The notes beneath the pieces were generated by a model. It was not told the DNA's origin. It did no database searches and saw only the letters and a list, made by a program, of their open reading frames with translations. A stretch of 64,000 nucleotides of DNA from Candidatus Cloacimonadales bacterium. GTDB lineage: Bacteria > Cloacimonadota > Cloacimonadia > Cloacimonadales > DAONDQ01. Position 1 is the first letter of the stretch, and the number at the start of each line of letters is the position of its first letter. The position numbers and the translations under genes are program-made. The stretch lies in NCBI GenBank assembly GCA_963662275.1, contig OY759316.1:1344001-1408000 (forward strand). The letters run 5' to 3'. Positions 8,207-18,629 of the stretch are shown here, one piece after another.

Positions 8207-10067
8207 GAGACTGTTCAGGCAGTTATTCATAAGATACAACAATTTAGGAAGTATCAAGTTGAAAAAAGTGGTCGAAACGGTCATAATTTAACATACCTTC
8301 CAGAATTGACAGATAAGCTCTGCTAAGGACACCAAATCACAAGTTAAGCTTTTTGACTAAAAATATCAAACACGCGAGTATAAGTAATTTCTCGAAGTCG
8401 TTTCTGACTATAAGTGTATCTAAAATCATATAAAATAGTTCTTTACATGTTTATTGCTATAGCTTCAATGGCATTTGTTACCTGGTAACAAAAGGGAGGA
8501 TATTATGACAAAAAAACACTCCAATTCAAGAAGCTGTAAGTGTCAGTCATGAAAGTAACCAATACTATGTAAGTATTAACGTACCATGTTCATTTTGTTT
8601 GCCTGAAACGACATCCAACCACAAGTTCTTAATAGCGTTTCTACGCTTATTAGTAGGAATAGGCGGAGACAACCTCCTTACACTTCAGCAAATAGCTGAT
8701 CTGTTTAACTACGCAGACCGCAGGAATGTACATAATTTCTGGCAAGAGTTTGAGCAGCATGGTCATGATATCCTGGCATATTTAAGCCGGAAAGTTGACC
8801 TGCTGGAGTGTATTCCTCAGATCGAGAATTTTGTTATCAATAACCTGCTTTTACCTTTAAATGTCATGTATCAGGAGTTCATCAGCCATCATGATTTTAA
8901 AATGTCCTATACCACTTTCTGCAAATATGCTTCTCAGGTCAATTCTCTGTCTGTAGTTAAGCAAGCTCAGAAGCTTCTTCTGAAAAAGACAGTAGGCGGT
9001 GATGCTGTACATCTGCTGAAACTGCTTGCCGGTCAGCAGAATACACCTGTTATCTGTGACAGACTCCTGGAACAAATGAAGACTGCTAAAGGCAATACAT
9101 CCCATAGAACCGCCGATGCAAAGCCGTTCCATAGTCTGGAACGCAAGAACCTGTGTCTGCTGGTACATTACCTGGTTGGAAGCGGTATGAACTTCGAGAC
9201 GATAGCTTTGCTGCTCAACACCTGTAAAGCTACAGTCTCAAATCTCTGGCATGAAATCGCTGACCTGCAGAGCCTGATTCTGAACTCAATCGGTAAGTGG
9301 AGCGGAAAGATCAGCATTGATGAGAAATATGTGAAGATCAAAGGTATTCCGTACTATGTCATCAGTATTGTTGATTTTGTGACTCACATCCCTCTGTTTT
9401 GTGAGTTGTATCCTGACACAAAGAAAGAATCATTCGAAGCATGTTTCAGAACCTTCAGACAGCTCTACAGGAAAGATCCAACCCTGATTGTCAGTGATGG
9501 CAGTAAATCGTTAGCAGTTGCAAGAAAAACAGTGTTTCCAAAAGTCCATTACCAACTCTGTAAGTTCCATAAGATACGAAATCTCTTCAAAAGAATCAGT
9601 CAATGTCATCTCCCTGAAGACAGGGACAAGTTCTTTAAGAAGAGGATTATGAAAGCTTTCCGAAGAGAAACGGCGGGCGGAAGGAAAAAGGGTATCGCAA
9701 GCCTGACAGCTATTACTCCCCCAACCGCCGCCGAATACATCAAAAGCAATATCATTAGTGATTGGAGACACCTCAGCAAAGGTTTGACTTCCAATGTCTC
9801 TGAACGCTGGAACCGCAAAATCAAGAAGGTGACATCCGGTAGATTTGGACTAAAATCTGAAGAAACCACCCGCAACCTTGTGTTTTCGCTTTGGTTCAAA
9901 GAACTGGTCGATAAAGGTCAACCAATCATGCGTCAGGAATCACTTTTAGCCAGTTTAAATATCTCCCGCATATGTCAAGAAAATGTGGATTGGTCGCACT
10001 TAGACCACTTTTTCTCTGTCACTACCAATAAGGCTGCGTAAAATGGAGGTTAATTTTGAACAGTCTC
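8207..10067 (+). mobile_element. Insertion sequence of about 1.86 kb with a DDE transposase carrying a CxxH motif (IS256/Mutator-like or IS6-like; family uncertain)
   Basis: Perfect 11-bp TIR GAGACTGTTCA at 8207 and 10057-10067; 8-bp direct repeat GCTACAGA at 8199-8206 and 10068-10075. Confidence 0.93.
8505..10041 (+). CDS. DDE transposase with an apparent +1 frameshift in an A7 run just after the RBS-linked ATG (continuous ORF is 8599-10041)
   Basis: Motifs SIDEKYVK, IVSDG, CKFH, TSNVSERWN; GGGAGG-ATG at 8505 joins the long ORF if one A is removed. Confidence 0.85.
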
Positions 10068-10239
10068 GCTACAGATTAACAATTTGCCGGTCAAAAAAGT
10101 CATTGACAACTTCAATTCTCATTCTGATTTGTTACCCTTAAAATAATTATCTTGGAATGAGAAACATAAGTGTTTGGCTATAGTGCTTTTGTGAATGAGA
10201 ATTACTGACTCGACATAAATGAAAAGAAGGGAGTAATGT

Positions 10240-13074
10240 ATGAAGTGTAAAAGGAAGAGAAGCCTTTTCATTTTAGTGGCTTTGATCTCCTTACTGGGTT
10301 TTACCATCGCTGTCAAGGCAAGCAGCGATGATAGCAGTTACGTGGTAAAAAACTTTAAGGTAGTCGATGTTCCCTATGATGATGGCACGGGTCTCCAACT
10401 CAGTTGGAATCCATTACCAAAAGAGAAGCGAATCATTGAATACCGCGTTTATCGTGGTGTTACTCCAGACAGTCTTTTCTTGCTGGGTACAATACCAATT
10501 AATGTGAAAACAGGTGTTGCCGGTGATTCAGTATATTATACTGATAAAGATTTGAATGTCCTGGTGGATATCAGTGCTCCCGGAAGATTAAAGAAAGAGA
10601 AGCAGCAAGGAGCTAAAAGTCCTTTGTACGGAGATGTCCCACGTGATGTTAAAGTACTAAACTCTATCTTCTCTAAGTATAGCTTTTTAAGTATCATTCC
10701 CAAAAAAGACTTCTATTACCGTACGACAAAAACAAATGCACCTGATAAGGCAGATTCAACTACATACGCCGGTTTGAAGATGAGACAGGTAACTTTGCTT
10801 GCCAGTTTAAATCCAAATACGAAGTATTATTATACAGTTGTTGCTTTAGATGAACGACGTGCTTTTCATAAGCATGCCCCTGTTCAATCAGGTATCCCTG
10901 TAGAAAATGCACCGGAACCAGTTCCCAAATTTAGTTCAGTGTATGTGAAAGATACGAATAAGATGCAGTTTGAGTGGGAATTACCCTTGTTCAAGGGTGA
11001 TCTGGCACAATATCAGATTTATGCTGTTCCTGCTTCATCACAAGCAGCCTTCGATGATTTCCGCCTTCATCCCATTCCCCAAACTCAATCTCCAGGTTTG
11101 CCAATTGCTGCCGGACAGATCGACATTGCCAGTTCAGATTCCTATAATATGGCTATTGTTGATATGAATGGAAGATCCCTCAATCCAGATACAATAGATC
11201 AACTTCGATTTGCTATTGGAATCATGGATTATGCTGGGAATGAAGTATTATCTTCGCTGGTTGCCCCAAAAGTCATCCTTTCTTCCCAACTACCTCCCAG
11301 ACCAACTTTTCTAGTGAAAGATAAACCGAATGATAAAGGTGAAATTCTTACACTCACTTGGAATAAACCGGTTGTATATGTGAACCAGACAAATTTCATC
11401 AGTGCTGATCGCAAGAAACTGATGGTTAATTACATGGAAAATGTGAATTCTGAGTTTAAGATAAAAAAACTGGCTTTCGATTTCTATAAGATCAATGATA
11501 CGAAGCCATTTAAGACACATCACGAATATTACCAGGATAACAAGATCATTGTAACACTACCTAAAGATTATAATCCTGAACTCGGATTGAATGTCAGGAT
11601 TAGGATTACATCCGTGCCTGCAGTATCTGATAAGTATGTCTTCACACAAAATCTTGTTTTCAATAAACAGACAAAATCCATGATTCCAGATAAATTGATG
11701 TCGGACGGAAAAGACGTGAACGAATTTTCCTATGTGATTTATAAAAAATTACGCAATTCCCAATCCTACACTCTTTCTAAAAAGCTCAACGGTAATCAAA
11801 ACTCGTTTGATGATAATATCCGTTTTGAAAAGGATATTTACAAACCTGTGGCTTACATGGATAAGAAAACAAACCAGGTATTGGTGAATTCAGATATTGA
11901 CATCACTTATGATAAAAAGGCAAAAGCTGTTGTTCAAACCAGTATTTATGCAAATGAAGCAAAAAAGCTGATGGCTAAACAGAAGAAAAGCTTGGATGAT
12001 AAACTCATTCAATTACGTGCCCAGATTCCCCAGGTCAATGATCCACAGCAATTAGCACAACTACAGGACCAGATTAATAAAACAACCGCCAGGCTGGAAA
12101 TGTTTAATAATCCTATCCTGAAGCAATCACTTACATTTACAGGTGATAGAAGCCGTATGCATTTCGTTTCTGCTAACAGGGAAAGTAATAAGCGCCAGGC
12201 ATCTTATCGGATGATTGTCAGTAATGGTGAAGGCATTTTTACCGAGTCTGATATCACGAAGGACAAAGACGACGAGACAGTTTATTATACACCTGTCGGA
12301 AATTGGTTTGATAAATCGAAAATTCCGATGCTGATAGCTTCAATCGTGTTCGGTTTACTGGTTGCCTTCATGATTCGCAAGGCGAAATTGGGACACGATC
12401 TCTTCATTCGTCCTATTGCCGGTATCCAGGAAATTGATAATGCTATAGGTAGAGCCACGGAAATGGGTAAACCAATCCTGTATTGTCCAGGTCTCGGTGG
12501 TCTTTCTGATGTAGCTACCATAGCTTCATTAGGTATTCTGGGTCAGGTTGCGAAGAAGACTGCTGAATATGATACGAAATTGATCGTTCCATGTTATGAC
12601 TTTATCATGATGCCTGTTGCCCAGGAAATCGTGAGAGAAGCTCATTATGAAGCAGGTCGTCCTGATTCATATGATAAGAACAATGTGTTTTATCTAACGA
12701 ATGTGCAATTTGCGTATGTTGCAGGTGTAAATGGTATTATGATTCGTGAAAACTGTGCTACAAACTTCTATATGGGTATGTTCTATGCAGAGGCTTTGTT
12801 GATGACAGAAACTGGTAATACGATCGGTTCAATTCAAATTGCCGGAACAGATGCTGTTACCCAGATTCCTTTCTTCATAACAACATGCGATTATACACTT
12901 ATTGGAGAAGAATTATATGCTGCTTCAGCGTATTTAGTTAAAGAACCCATGATGTTGGGAACCCTGAAAGCTCAGGATTATTTTAAATTCCTGATTCTGT
13001 TCTTTGTGATTCTTGGAACAGTGCTGACAACTAGTCACATAACTTTTTTAATTAATGTATTTCCTGAGAAGTAG
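10240..13074 (+). CDS. Large membrane-anchored protein: signal peptide, FN3-like ectodomain, TM, conserved C-terminal DUF6754-like domain, TM
   Basis: Repeated DxPxDxG..LxLxW and YYYTVVA motifs; TM at ~aa 697-714; IRPIAG..IDNAIGRATEMG, QIPFFITTCDY..GEE.YAASAY; DUF name from recall. Confidence 0.75.
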   Translation: MKCKRKRSLFILVALISLLGFTIAVKASSDDSSYVVKNFKVVDVPYDDGTGLQLSWNPLPKEKRIIEYRVYRGVTPDSLFLLGTIPINVKTGVAGDSVYYTDKDLNVLVDISAPGRLKKEKQQGAKSPLYGDVPRDVKVLNSIFSKYSFLSIIPKKDFYYRTTKTNAPDKADSTTYAGLKMRQVTLLASLNPNTKYYYTVVALDERRAFHKHAPVQSGIPVENAPEPVPKFSSVYVKDTNKMQFEWELPLFKGDLAQYQIYAVPASSQAAFDDFRLHPIPQTQSPGLPIAAGQIDIASSDSYNMAIVDMNGRSLNPDTIDQLRFAIGIMDYAGNEVLSSLVAPKVILSSQLPPRPTFLVKDKPNDKGEILTLTWNKPVVYVNQTNFISADRKKLMVNYMENVNSEFKIKKLAFDFYKINDTKPFKTHHEYYQDNKIIVTLPKDYNPELGLNVRIRITSVPAVSDKYVFTQNLVFNKQTKSMIPDKLMSDGKDVNEFSYVIYKKLRNSQSYTLSKKLNGNQNSFDDNIRFEKDIYKPVAYMDKKTNQVLVNSDIDITYDKKAKAVVQTSIYANEAKKLMAKQKKSLDDKLIQLRAQIPQVNDPQQLAQLQDQINKTTARLEMFNNPILKQSLTFTGDRSRMHFVSANRESNKRQASYRMIVSNGEGIFTESDITKDKDDETVYYTPVGNWFDKSKIPMLIASIVFGLLVAFMIRKAKLGHDLFIRPIAGIQEIDNAIGRATEMGKPILYCPGLGGLSDVATIASLGILGQVAKKTAEYDTKLIVPCYDFIMMPVAQEIVREAHYEAGRPDSYDKNNVFYLTNVQFAYVAGVNGIMIRENCATNFYMGMFYAEALLMTETGNTIGSIQIAGTDAVTQIPFFITTCDYTLIGEELYAASAYLVKEPMMLGTLKAQDYFKFLILFFVILGTVLTTSHITFLINVFPEK

Positions 13075-13082
13075 GAGGATAG

Positions 13083-13709
13083 ATGAAAAGACAAATACCT
13101 CTAGCAATAGTCATCGTACTCGGTTTTATATTTGTGTTATATACCTTTATTCCACACAAGATACTGGCAGATGACTTTTTTAACTGGTATCAGAATTGGA
13201 GTTATGCAATGGCTCCTTTCGGTATGTTACTGGGCGTTATCAGTTTAGTCATGATGCACAGTGTCAAGATTTCCCGTAAGCTTCCGAAATGGCAATTTAG
13301 TTTTGTCACATTAGGCGGTTTGCTTATCACGACAATCGCGGGAATAGCATGGGGAATTCAAGATGGAACACCGTTCATGTGGATTTTCCAAAATATGCAA
13401 ATGCCTATGAGTTCAACGATGTTTTCTCTCTTAGCCTTTTATATCGCTTCTGCTGCCTATAAAGCATTCAGAGCAAGATCACCTGAAGCAACTGTTTTAC
13501 TGGGATCTGCAATCGTGGTGATGCTTGCCCAGGTACCGATCGGAATCATGATCAGCAAGCACTTACCCGATATATCAATGTGGATACTGAACGTTCCCAA
13601 CCTGGCTGCCAAACGCGGCATTCTCTTGGGAGTAGGTTTAGGTAGTGTGGCAACGTCGCTAAAGATACTGCTGGGGATTGAAAGATCCTACCTCGGCGGC
13701 GGGGATTAA
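13083..13709 (+). CDS. Uncharacterised polytopic membrane protein (about 6 TM), subunit of the DUF6754-like locus
   Basis: Very hydrophobic; 8 bp from the upstream stop with GGAGG RBS; FSLLAFYIASAAYKAFR and RGILLGVGLG motifs. Confidence 0.8.
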   Translation: MKRQIPLAIVIVLGFIFVLYTFIPHKILADDFFNWYQNWSYAMAPFGMLLGVISLVMMHSVKISRKLPKWQFSFVTLGGLLITTIAGIAWGIQDGTPFMWIFQNMQMPMSSTMFSLLAFYIASAAYKAFRARSPEATVLLGSAIVVMLAQVPIGIMISKHLPDISMWILNVPNLAAKRGILLGVGLGSVATSLKILLGIERSYLGGGD

Positions 13710-13717
13710 AGGGGGAT

Positions 13718-14866
13718 ATGATGAGCTTCTTTGAAAAATTACAGGCATTAGACAGACATTGGATCTATCTGATTGTTGCATTGGCAATCATCATTCCTCT
13801 GATGGTACCGTTTAACTCGAAAACCTACACAACTGAACCGACCGAGAAAATGTATCAGTTGATTGACTCCTATGCAGGTCGTTCAGATCGTGCCATACTA
13901 ATTTCCTTTGCCCATGACGCCTCCGTGATGCCTGAACTTTATCCGATGGAAATTGCCATTCTGCGTCATTGCTTTGAACGTAAAGTAAAGGTATTCACTC
14001 TGACATTTACTCCCTCCGGAGCACCGATTATTGATCTTGCAATCAACCGTGTGAAGGAAGAATATCCGGATATCAGATCCGGTGTGGATTATTGCAACTT
14101 TGGTTACAAACCATTAGCATTACCGGCTATTCTCGGTATGGGTGAAAATATTGCTACAGCCATCGATACCGATGCTGAAGGAAGAAAGATTGCTACCCTG
14201 CCGATTATGAAGGATATCACTAATTATAATGAAATGAATCTTGTCGTGGAAACTTCCGGCGCTTCCGCTGGTGGGGCATGGATTTTTTATGCTCGTGTTA
14301 AGTTCGGTGTAAATGTTGCCATTGGTGTGACTGCGGTTATGGCTGCTGATGAATTTCCTTATCTGCAGACTGGACAATTAACGGGTATGCTGACAGGCTT
14401 GAAGGGAGCTGCTGAATATGAGAAGCTGGTTGATGTTTTTGCAGCCTATAGAGATGAAACTCATCCGCATGGACGTCCATTCAGTACAGAAATCCTTCGC
14501 GAGAAGGAAACGGATAAACTTGTGAATATTACCACCCAGGAGAATGCAGTATTTTCTAAAGAGGAATATCAGAACTTCCTGAGACTATATCCTTCTGCAA
14601 TGTCCGTACTTGAGAATATCAAGAAAGAGGACGATAATAATGTTACAATTAAAGTCATCGATCTTGATGACAGTCAAAAAGAACAGATAGGTTTTGAAGC
14701 AATGGCTGCTTTAAAATACCAGACACATAATGTAATTTATAAATTCAAAACAGCCCGCATTGGAATGAATGCTCAATCTGTAGCACATGTAATGATTATC
14801 GTATTTATCATTATCGGGAACATTGGGTATTTTCTAACACGTAAAAAACAGAACGTGGCGAAGTAG
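13718..14866 (+). CDS. Two-TM membrane protein with central soluble domain, probably a distant paralog of the DUF6754-like domain
   Basis: N-terminal TM, GLKGAAEYE motif; C-terminal MNAQSVAHVMIIVFIIIGNI resembles LKAQDYFKFLILFFVILGT of 10240-13074. Confidence 0.75.
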   Translation: MMSFFEKLQALDRHWIYLIVALAIIIPLMVPFNSKTYTTEPTEKMYQLIDSYAGRSDRAILISFAHDASVMPELYPMEIAILRHCFERKVKVFTLTFTPSGAPIIDLAINRVKEEYPDIRSGVDYCNFGYKPLALPAILGMGENIATAIDTDAEGRKIATLPIMKDITNYNEMNLVVETSGASAGGAWIFYARVKFGVNVAIGVTAVMAADEFPYLQTGQLTGMLTGLKGAAEYEKLVDVFAAYRDETHPHGRPFSTEILREKETDKLVNITTQENAVFSKEEYQNFLRLYPSAMSVLENIKKEDDNNVTIKVIDLDDSQKEQIGFEAMAALKYQTHNVIYKFKTARIGMNAQSVAHVMIIVFIIIGNIGYFLTRKKQNVAK

Positions 14867-14875
14867 GGAGGATAC

Positions 14876-15481
14876 ATGATTAGTTTTGAAACTTTCAGTA
14901 ACTTAGTTGCAGCATTCTTTACACTATGCATCTTCTCATTCTTATACAAGGATAATCCTTTCTATCAGTTTGCTGAACAACTACTAGTTGGTGTTTCTGT
15001 TGGATATGGTGTTGTTTATACATACTTCCGTACTTTCATACCTTATGTATGGCAACCTATTGTGCTGAAGCATCAGTATATTTTAGTTTTCCCAGTGATT
15101 ATCGGTTTGCTCTATCTATTCCGTTTTAGTAAGAATCTTAGTTGGCTATCCCGTTATCCAATCGCCTGGTCTATGGTTATGGTTGGTATGGGAGTACCCT
15201 TAGGTATGCATGCTTCTGTTCTAGTACAGATGAGAAGTGCAATGCTTCCATTAGACAATATCAACACGATTCTCATCTTTATCGGAACGATTGCAGTTTT
15301 GACATATTTCTACTTTTCCAAAGCACATACTGGCTTATATGGCAAGTTCACTAAGATCGGTGTGTGGTATATGATGATAGGATTCGGTGCTTCATTCGGT
15401 CTTACCGTTATGGCGCGTATTTCTTTACTGATCGGGAGAATTCAGTTCCTGGTTGGTGATGTACTGCATCTTATCAAATAA
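14876..15481 (+). CDS. Uncharacterised polytopic membrane protein, subunit of the DUF6754-like locus
   Basis: Hydrophobic; SFLYKDNPFY..AE and MIGFGASFG..MARISLLIGR motifs; GGAGG RBS, tightly coupled. Confidence 0.8.
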   Translation: MISFETFSNLVAAFFTLCIFSFLYKDNPFYQFAEQLLVGVSVGYGVVYTYFRTFIPYVWQPIVLKHQYILVFPVIIGLLYLFRFSKNLSWLSRYPIAWSMVMVGMGVPLGMHASVLVQMRSAMLPLDNINTILIFIGTIAVLTYFYFSKAHTGLYGKFTKIGVWYMMIGFGASFGLTVMARISLLIGRIQFLVGDVLHLIK

Positions 15482-15492
15482 AACAAAAGATT

Positions 15493-15522
15493 TCGAAGCC
15501 CGGTAAAAGACCGGGCTTTCGA
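15493..15522 (+). terminator. Stem-loop between the fourth and fifth genes of the membrane locus
   Basis: AAGCCCGGT-AAAAG-ACCGGGCTT followed by a short T-rich tract. Confidence 0.55.
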
Positions 15523-15542
15523 TTTATGGAAAAGGTGGAAAT

Positions 15543-18428
15543 ATGAAAATCTTAAGTTTTAAAATAATTACACTCCTCTTATTATGCCTCATTGTACTTA
15601 CTTTATCAGCACAACAAACCGGTAGTAGAATGGTCAAAAATCTGAGTGTTTATGATAATCCTAATGATGACGGTTCAGGACTGGTTATAAAATGGACTCC
15701 TTTACCCAACTCAAATCGTACTTTGGAGTATCGTGTATATCGTGGTATTTCACCAGATACTCTTTTCCTCTTGGGAAGCATACCTGTTGATCCCGTAGCC
15801 GGATTTGCAGGTAAAGAAATGTTCTTTTATGATAAAGATTATCATGATTTTGTATCAATTCTATCTCCGGCAAAACTGAAAAAAGAAGAACAGCAAACAT
15901 CGAAAAGCCCTTTATACAAAGCCATACCCAAAGATCCCAAAATCTACGGTCCTTTGATTAATCACTATTCACTACTATCGATCATCCCTAAAAAATCGAT
16001 TTATAATCATACAAAATTGATCAGGATTGAAGATGATAAGGCATTGGGTGGTTTGGAATTGAGACGTTTTGAATCCATCCTGGCAAATGTGATCCCTGGT
16101 AAGAAATACTATTACACAGTCGTTGCTGTTGATGAGAAGAGAGTACTATCATCCTATGCACCCATTGTATCTGCCATTCCCTATGATAATCCCCCTGAAA
16201 CTGCGATAACATTAACGCCAAGATTCTTCCAAGAAAAAAGACAACTTAATTTCGAATGGACGCTGCCATTAAACAAATCTGATGTAGCAGAATATCGAAT
16301 TTATGCTTTAGAAAAGGCAAGAATACCCCAATTTCAAACATATTTAGAGGAACAGAATCACATTAATTCAATCCTGGAACAACAACAGGTTTATCCTGAA
16401 CAATATAAGACAGTTCCAGACCCTAAATTCACAAATCCCGCTTTCTTGATTGCTAGTAGTCCAAATCCACTTAATCCTATGGCAAATCTGATCATACAAT
16501 TTGACCAGGATGGTAAAATCATTGATGCAGCAAATAAATCCAATGCCTCATTGGATATGAATCGGATGCAGGATTATGTATTTATTTTGAGCTTGCCTGA
16601 TTATTATGGGTTTGAATCCTTTTCTCCATTGTTTCCAGCAAAAATAGGCATTGTTTCAGACCTTCCAACGCTTCCCACTTTTTCTGTAAGAGATAAACCA
16701 AATGATAAGGGTGACATGAATGAATTATCATTTGGAAGACCTATAGCCCTTATTTCCCAGGCTTTTTACAATGCAAAAAAAACAAAAATGACTTTTAATT
16801 ATGATTTTGCTACAAATGCTAATTATAAAATTATCAATGTATTCTTCAAAATATACGACAAAAAAGGCAATTTCCTAGGTTCAGTGAAAGAGTATTATCC
16901 TGATAATATCTTCAAATTCACACTTCCTAAAGGATCACCGGTATCTGATGAATATTTTCTGAAGATCGGGTTCAAATTAAAGGGACCTGAATTGAAGGAG
17001 AATTTCTATATTACGCAGAAGATAATGCTCGATTCTGCCACGAAGAGATTTGCCAATCGTGGATTGTACTTTGATAGAGAAAACCTGAACAGGTTCAATT
17101 ACCTGATTCTTAACAAATCAAAATCTGATCCTGGTTTTCAGCAGGTCAAAAAGCTTTCTACCATCTCACGTGGTTTTGATGACAATATTCCATTCGAAAC
17201 AATCGTGTATAAAGGAATTAACCGTTACGATCCAAAATCGAATACTCTCCTCTTTGATCCTACTTTGGATATTGGATATGATGTGAAACGGGAAATGCCT
17301 GTTTCTGTAAATTTATTTGCTGCTGAGATGAAGAAGTCTCTTCAGAAATGGAATAAACAGGTTGATACTCTCAAAGTAAAATATGCTAAAGCCACAACTG
17401 CTGAAAAGGCTTCCATACAAGATGAGATGGATTATTATCAGAAAATGATTGATTTGGTCACGAATGATCCTGATATCAAGAAATTGAATGCTATCACCGA
17501 CCCAAAAGAAAGGATGAAACTCTTAGCAATTATTCGTGAAACAAATCTTCGTACGTTTTCTTATAGATTGATCAAATCTGATGGAGATGGGAATTTCCTG
17601 ATTTCTGACATCTACAAGAATTCTGCCAGCAATGATTTTTTCTTTCCTATAGCCAACTGGTTTGATAAGACAAAAATTCCTATGATCATAGCTTCCCTGT
17701 TATTTACACTGTTGGTTGTCATCATGGGAATTCGCACGAAGCAGGGAAAGGATCTCTTTATCAGACCTATTGCCGGAATTGATGAAATTGATAATGCCGT
17801 AGGCAGAGCAACTGAAATGGGACGCCCAATCCTTTATGTGCCTGGTCTAAATACGATTGGTGAAATTGCCACGATCGCTTCTATGATCATTCTTGGTCGT
17901 ATTGCCAAAAAAACAGCAGAATACGATACCAGACTATTGGTGCCCAATTGCGACTACTATGTTTTACCTTTAGCGCAGGAAATCGTGAAGGAAGGTCATT
18001 ACGAAGCAGGTCGTCCGGATAGTTATGATCAGAATAATATCTTCTTCATATCAACAGATCAATTTCCTTATGTTGCCGGTGTGAATGGAACTATGATTCG
18101 TGAAAAGACAGCTACCAATTTCTACATGGGTACTTTTTATGCGGAAGCGTTGCTGATGACAGAAACTGGTAATGCAACAGGCGCTATTCAAATCGCAGGT
18201 ACAGATGCTGTAACCCAGATTCCTTTCTTCATTACTACTTGTGATTATACTCTCATTGGTGAAGAATTCTATGCTGCATCTGCTTATTTATCTAAAGATC
18301 CTGAGATTTTAGGTACTTTAAAAGCTCAAGATTATTTCAAATTCGTTATTGTTTTCTTCATTATCCTGGGAACGATACTAACTTCATTACATCTGAATAG
18401 CTTAATCTATTCGTTCCCAACGGAATAA
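15543..18428 (+). CDS. Second paralog of the large FN3-like + DUF6754-like membrane protein
   Basis: Colinear with 10240-13074; C-terminal ~250 aa highly similar, ectodomain diverged. Confidence 0.8.
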   Translation: MKILSFKIITLLLLCLIVLTLSAQQTGSRMVKNLSVYDNPNDDGSGLVIKWTPLPNSNRTLEYRVYRGISPDTLFLLGSIPVDPVAGFAGKEMFFYDKDYHDFVSILSPAKLKKEEQQTSKSPLYKAIPKDPKIYGPLINHYSLLSIIPKKSIYNHTKLIRIEDDKALGGLELRRFESILANVIPGKKYYYTVVAVDEKRVLSSYAPIVSAIPYDNPPETAITLTPRFFQEKRQLNFEWTLPLNKSDVAEYRIYALEKARIPQFQTYLEEQNHINSILEQQQVYPEQYKTVPDPKFTNPAFLIASSPNPLNPMANLIIQFDQDGKIIDAANKSNASLDMNRMQDYVFILSLPDYYGFESFSPLFPAKIGIVSDLPTLPTFSVRDKPNDKGDMNELSFGRPIALISQAFYNAKKTKMTFNYDFATNANYKIINVFFKIYDKKGNFLGSVKEYYPDNIFKFTLPKGSPVSDEYFLKIGFKLKGPELKENFYITQKIMLDSATKRFANRGLYFDRENLNRFNYLILNKSKSDPGFQQVKKLSTISRGFDDNIPFETIVYKGINRYDPKSNTLLFDPTLDIGYDVKREMPVSVNLFAAEMKKSLQKWNKQVDTLKVKYAKATTAEKASIQDEMDYYQKMIDLVTNDPDIKKLNAITDPKERMKLLAIIRETNLRTFSYRLIKSDGDGNFLISDIYKNSASNDFFFPIANWFDKTKIPMIIASLLFTLLVVIMGIRTKQGKDLFIRPIAGIDEIDNAVGRATEMGRPILYVPGLNTIGEIATIASMIILGRIAKKTAEYDTRLLVPNCDYYVLPLAQEIVKEGHYEAGRPDSYDQNNIFFISTDQFPYVAGVNGTMIREKTATNFYMGTFYAEALLMTETGNATGAIQIAGTDAVTQIPFFITTCDYTLIGEEFYAASAYLSKDPEILGTLKAQDYFKFVIVFFIILGTILTSLHLNSLIYSFPTE

Positions 18429-18448
18429 ATAACATACTTACATGCAAC

Positions 18449-18478
18449 AAAGGTCATCCGCAAGGATGACCTTTTGTT
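18449..18478 (+). terminator. Rho-independent terminator
   Basis: AAAGGTCATCC-GCAA-GGATGACCTTT(T), GNRA loop, 20 bp after the stop. Confidence 0.75.
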
Positions 18479-18480
18479 AT

Positions 18481-18629
18481 GTGGAGTAGGATTCCGATCC
18501 TACTGATTAGAGGTTGAAGTCCAAACTTCCCACAAGATCGCATGTAGATCAAGATTCGAAGGAAGTTTGAACTCCAACGCTCGAGGAATCTGTTTTAGTT
18601 ACTCAGCAAGAACGGCGTCTTGCTTTACG
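18481..18629. repeat. REP-like palindromes between convergent genes
   Basis: GTGG-AGTAGGAT-TCCG-ATCCTACT; imperfect IR GTTGAAGTCCAAACTTCC...GGAAGTTTGAACTCCAAC; AGCAAGA-ACGGCG-TCTTGCT-TTAC next to the uvrA stop. Confidence 0.7.

Noticed and set aside
7619..8326. ORFs of 124, 141 and 63 aa
   Set aside because: Artefacts of 63- and 51-bp repeats (multiples of 3) and of the IS end
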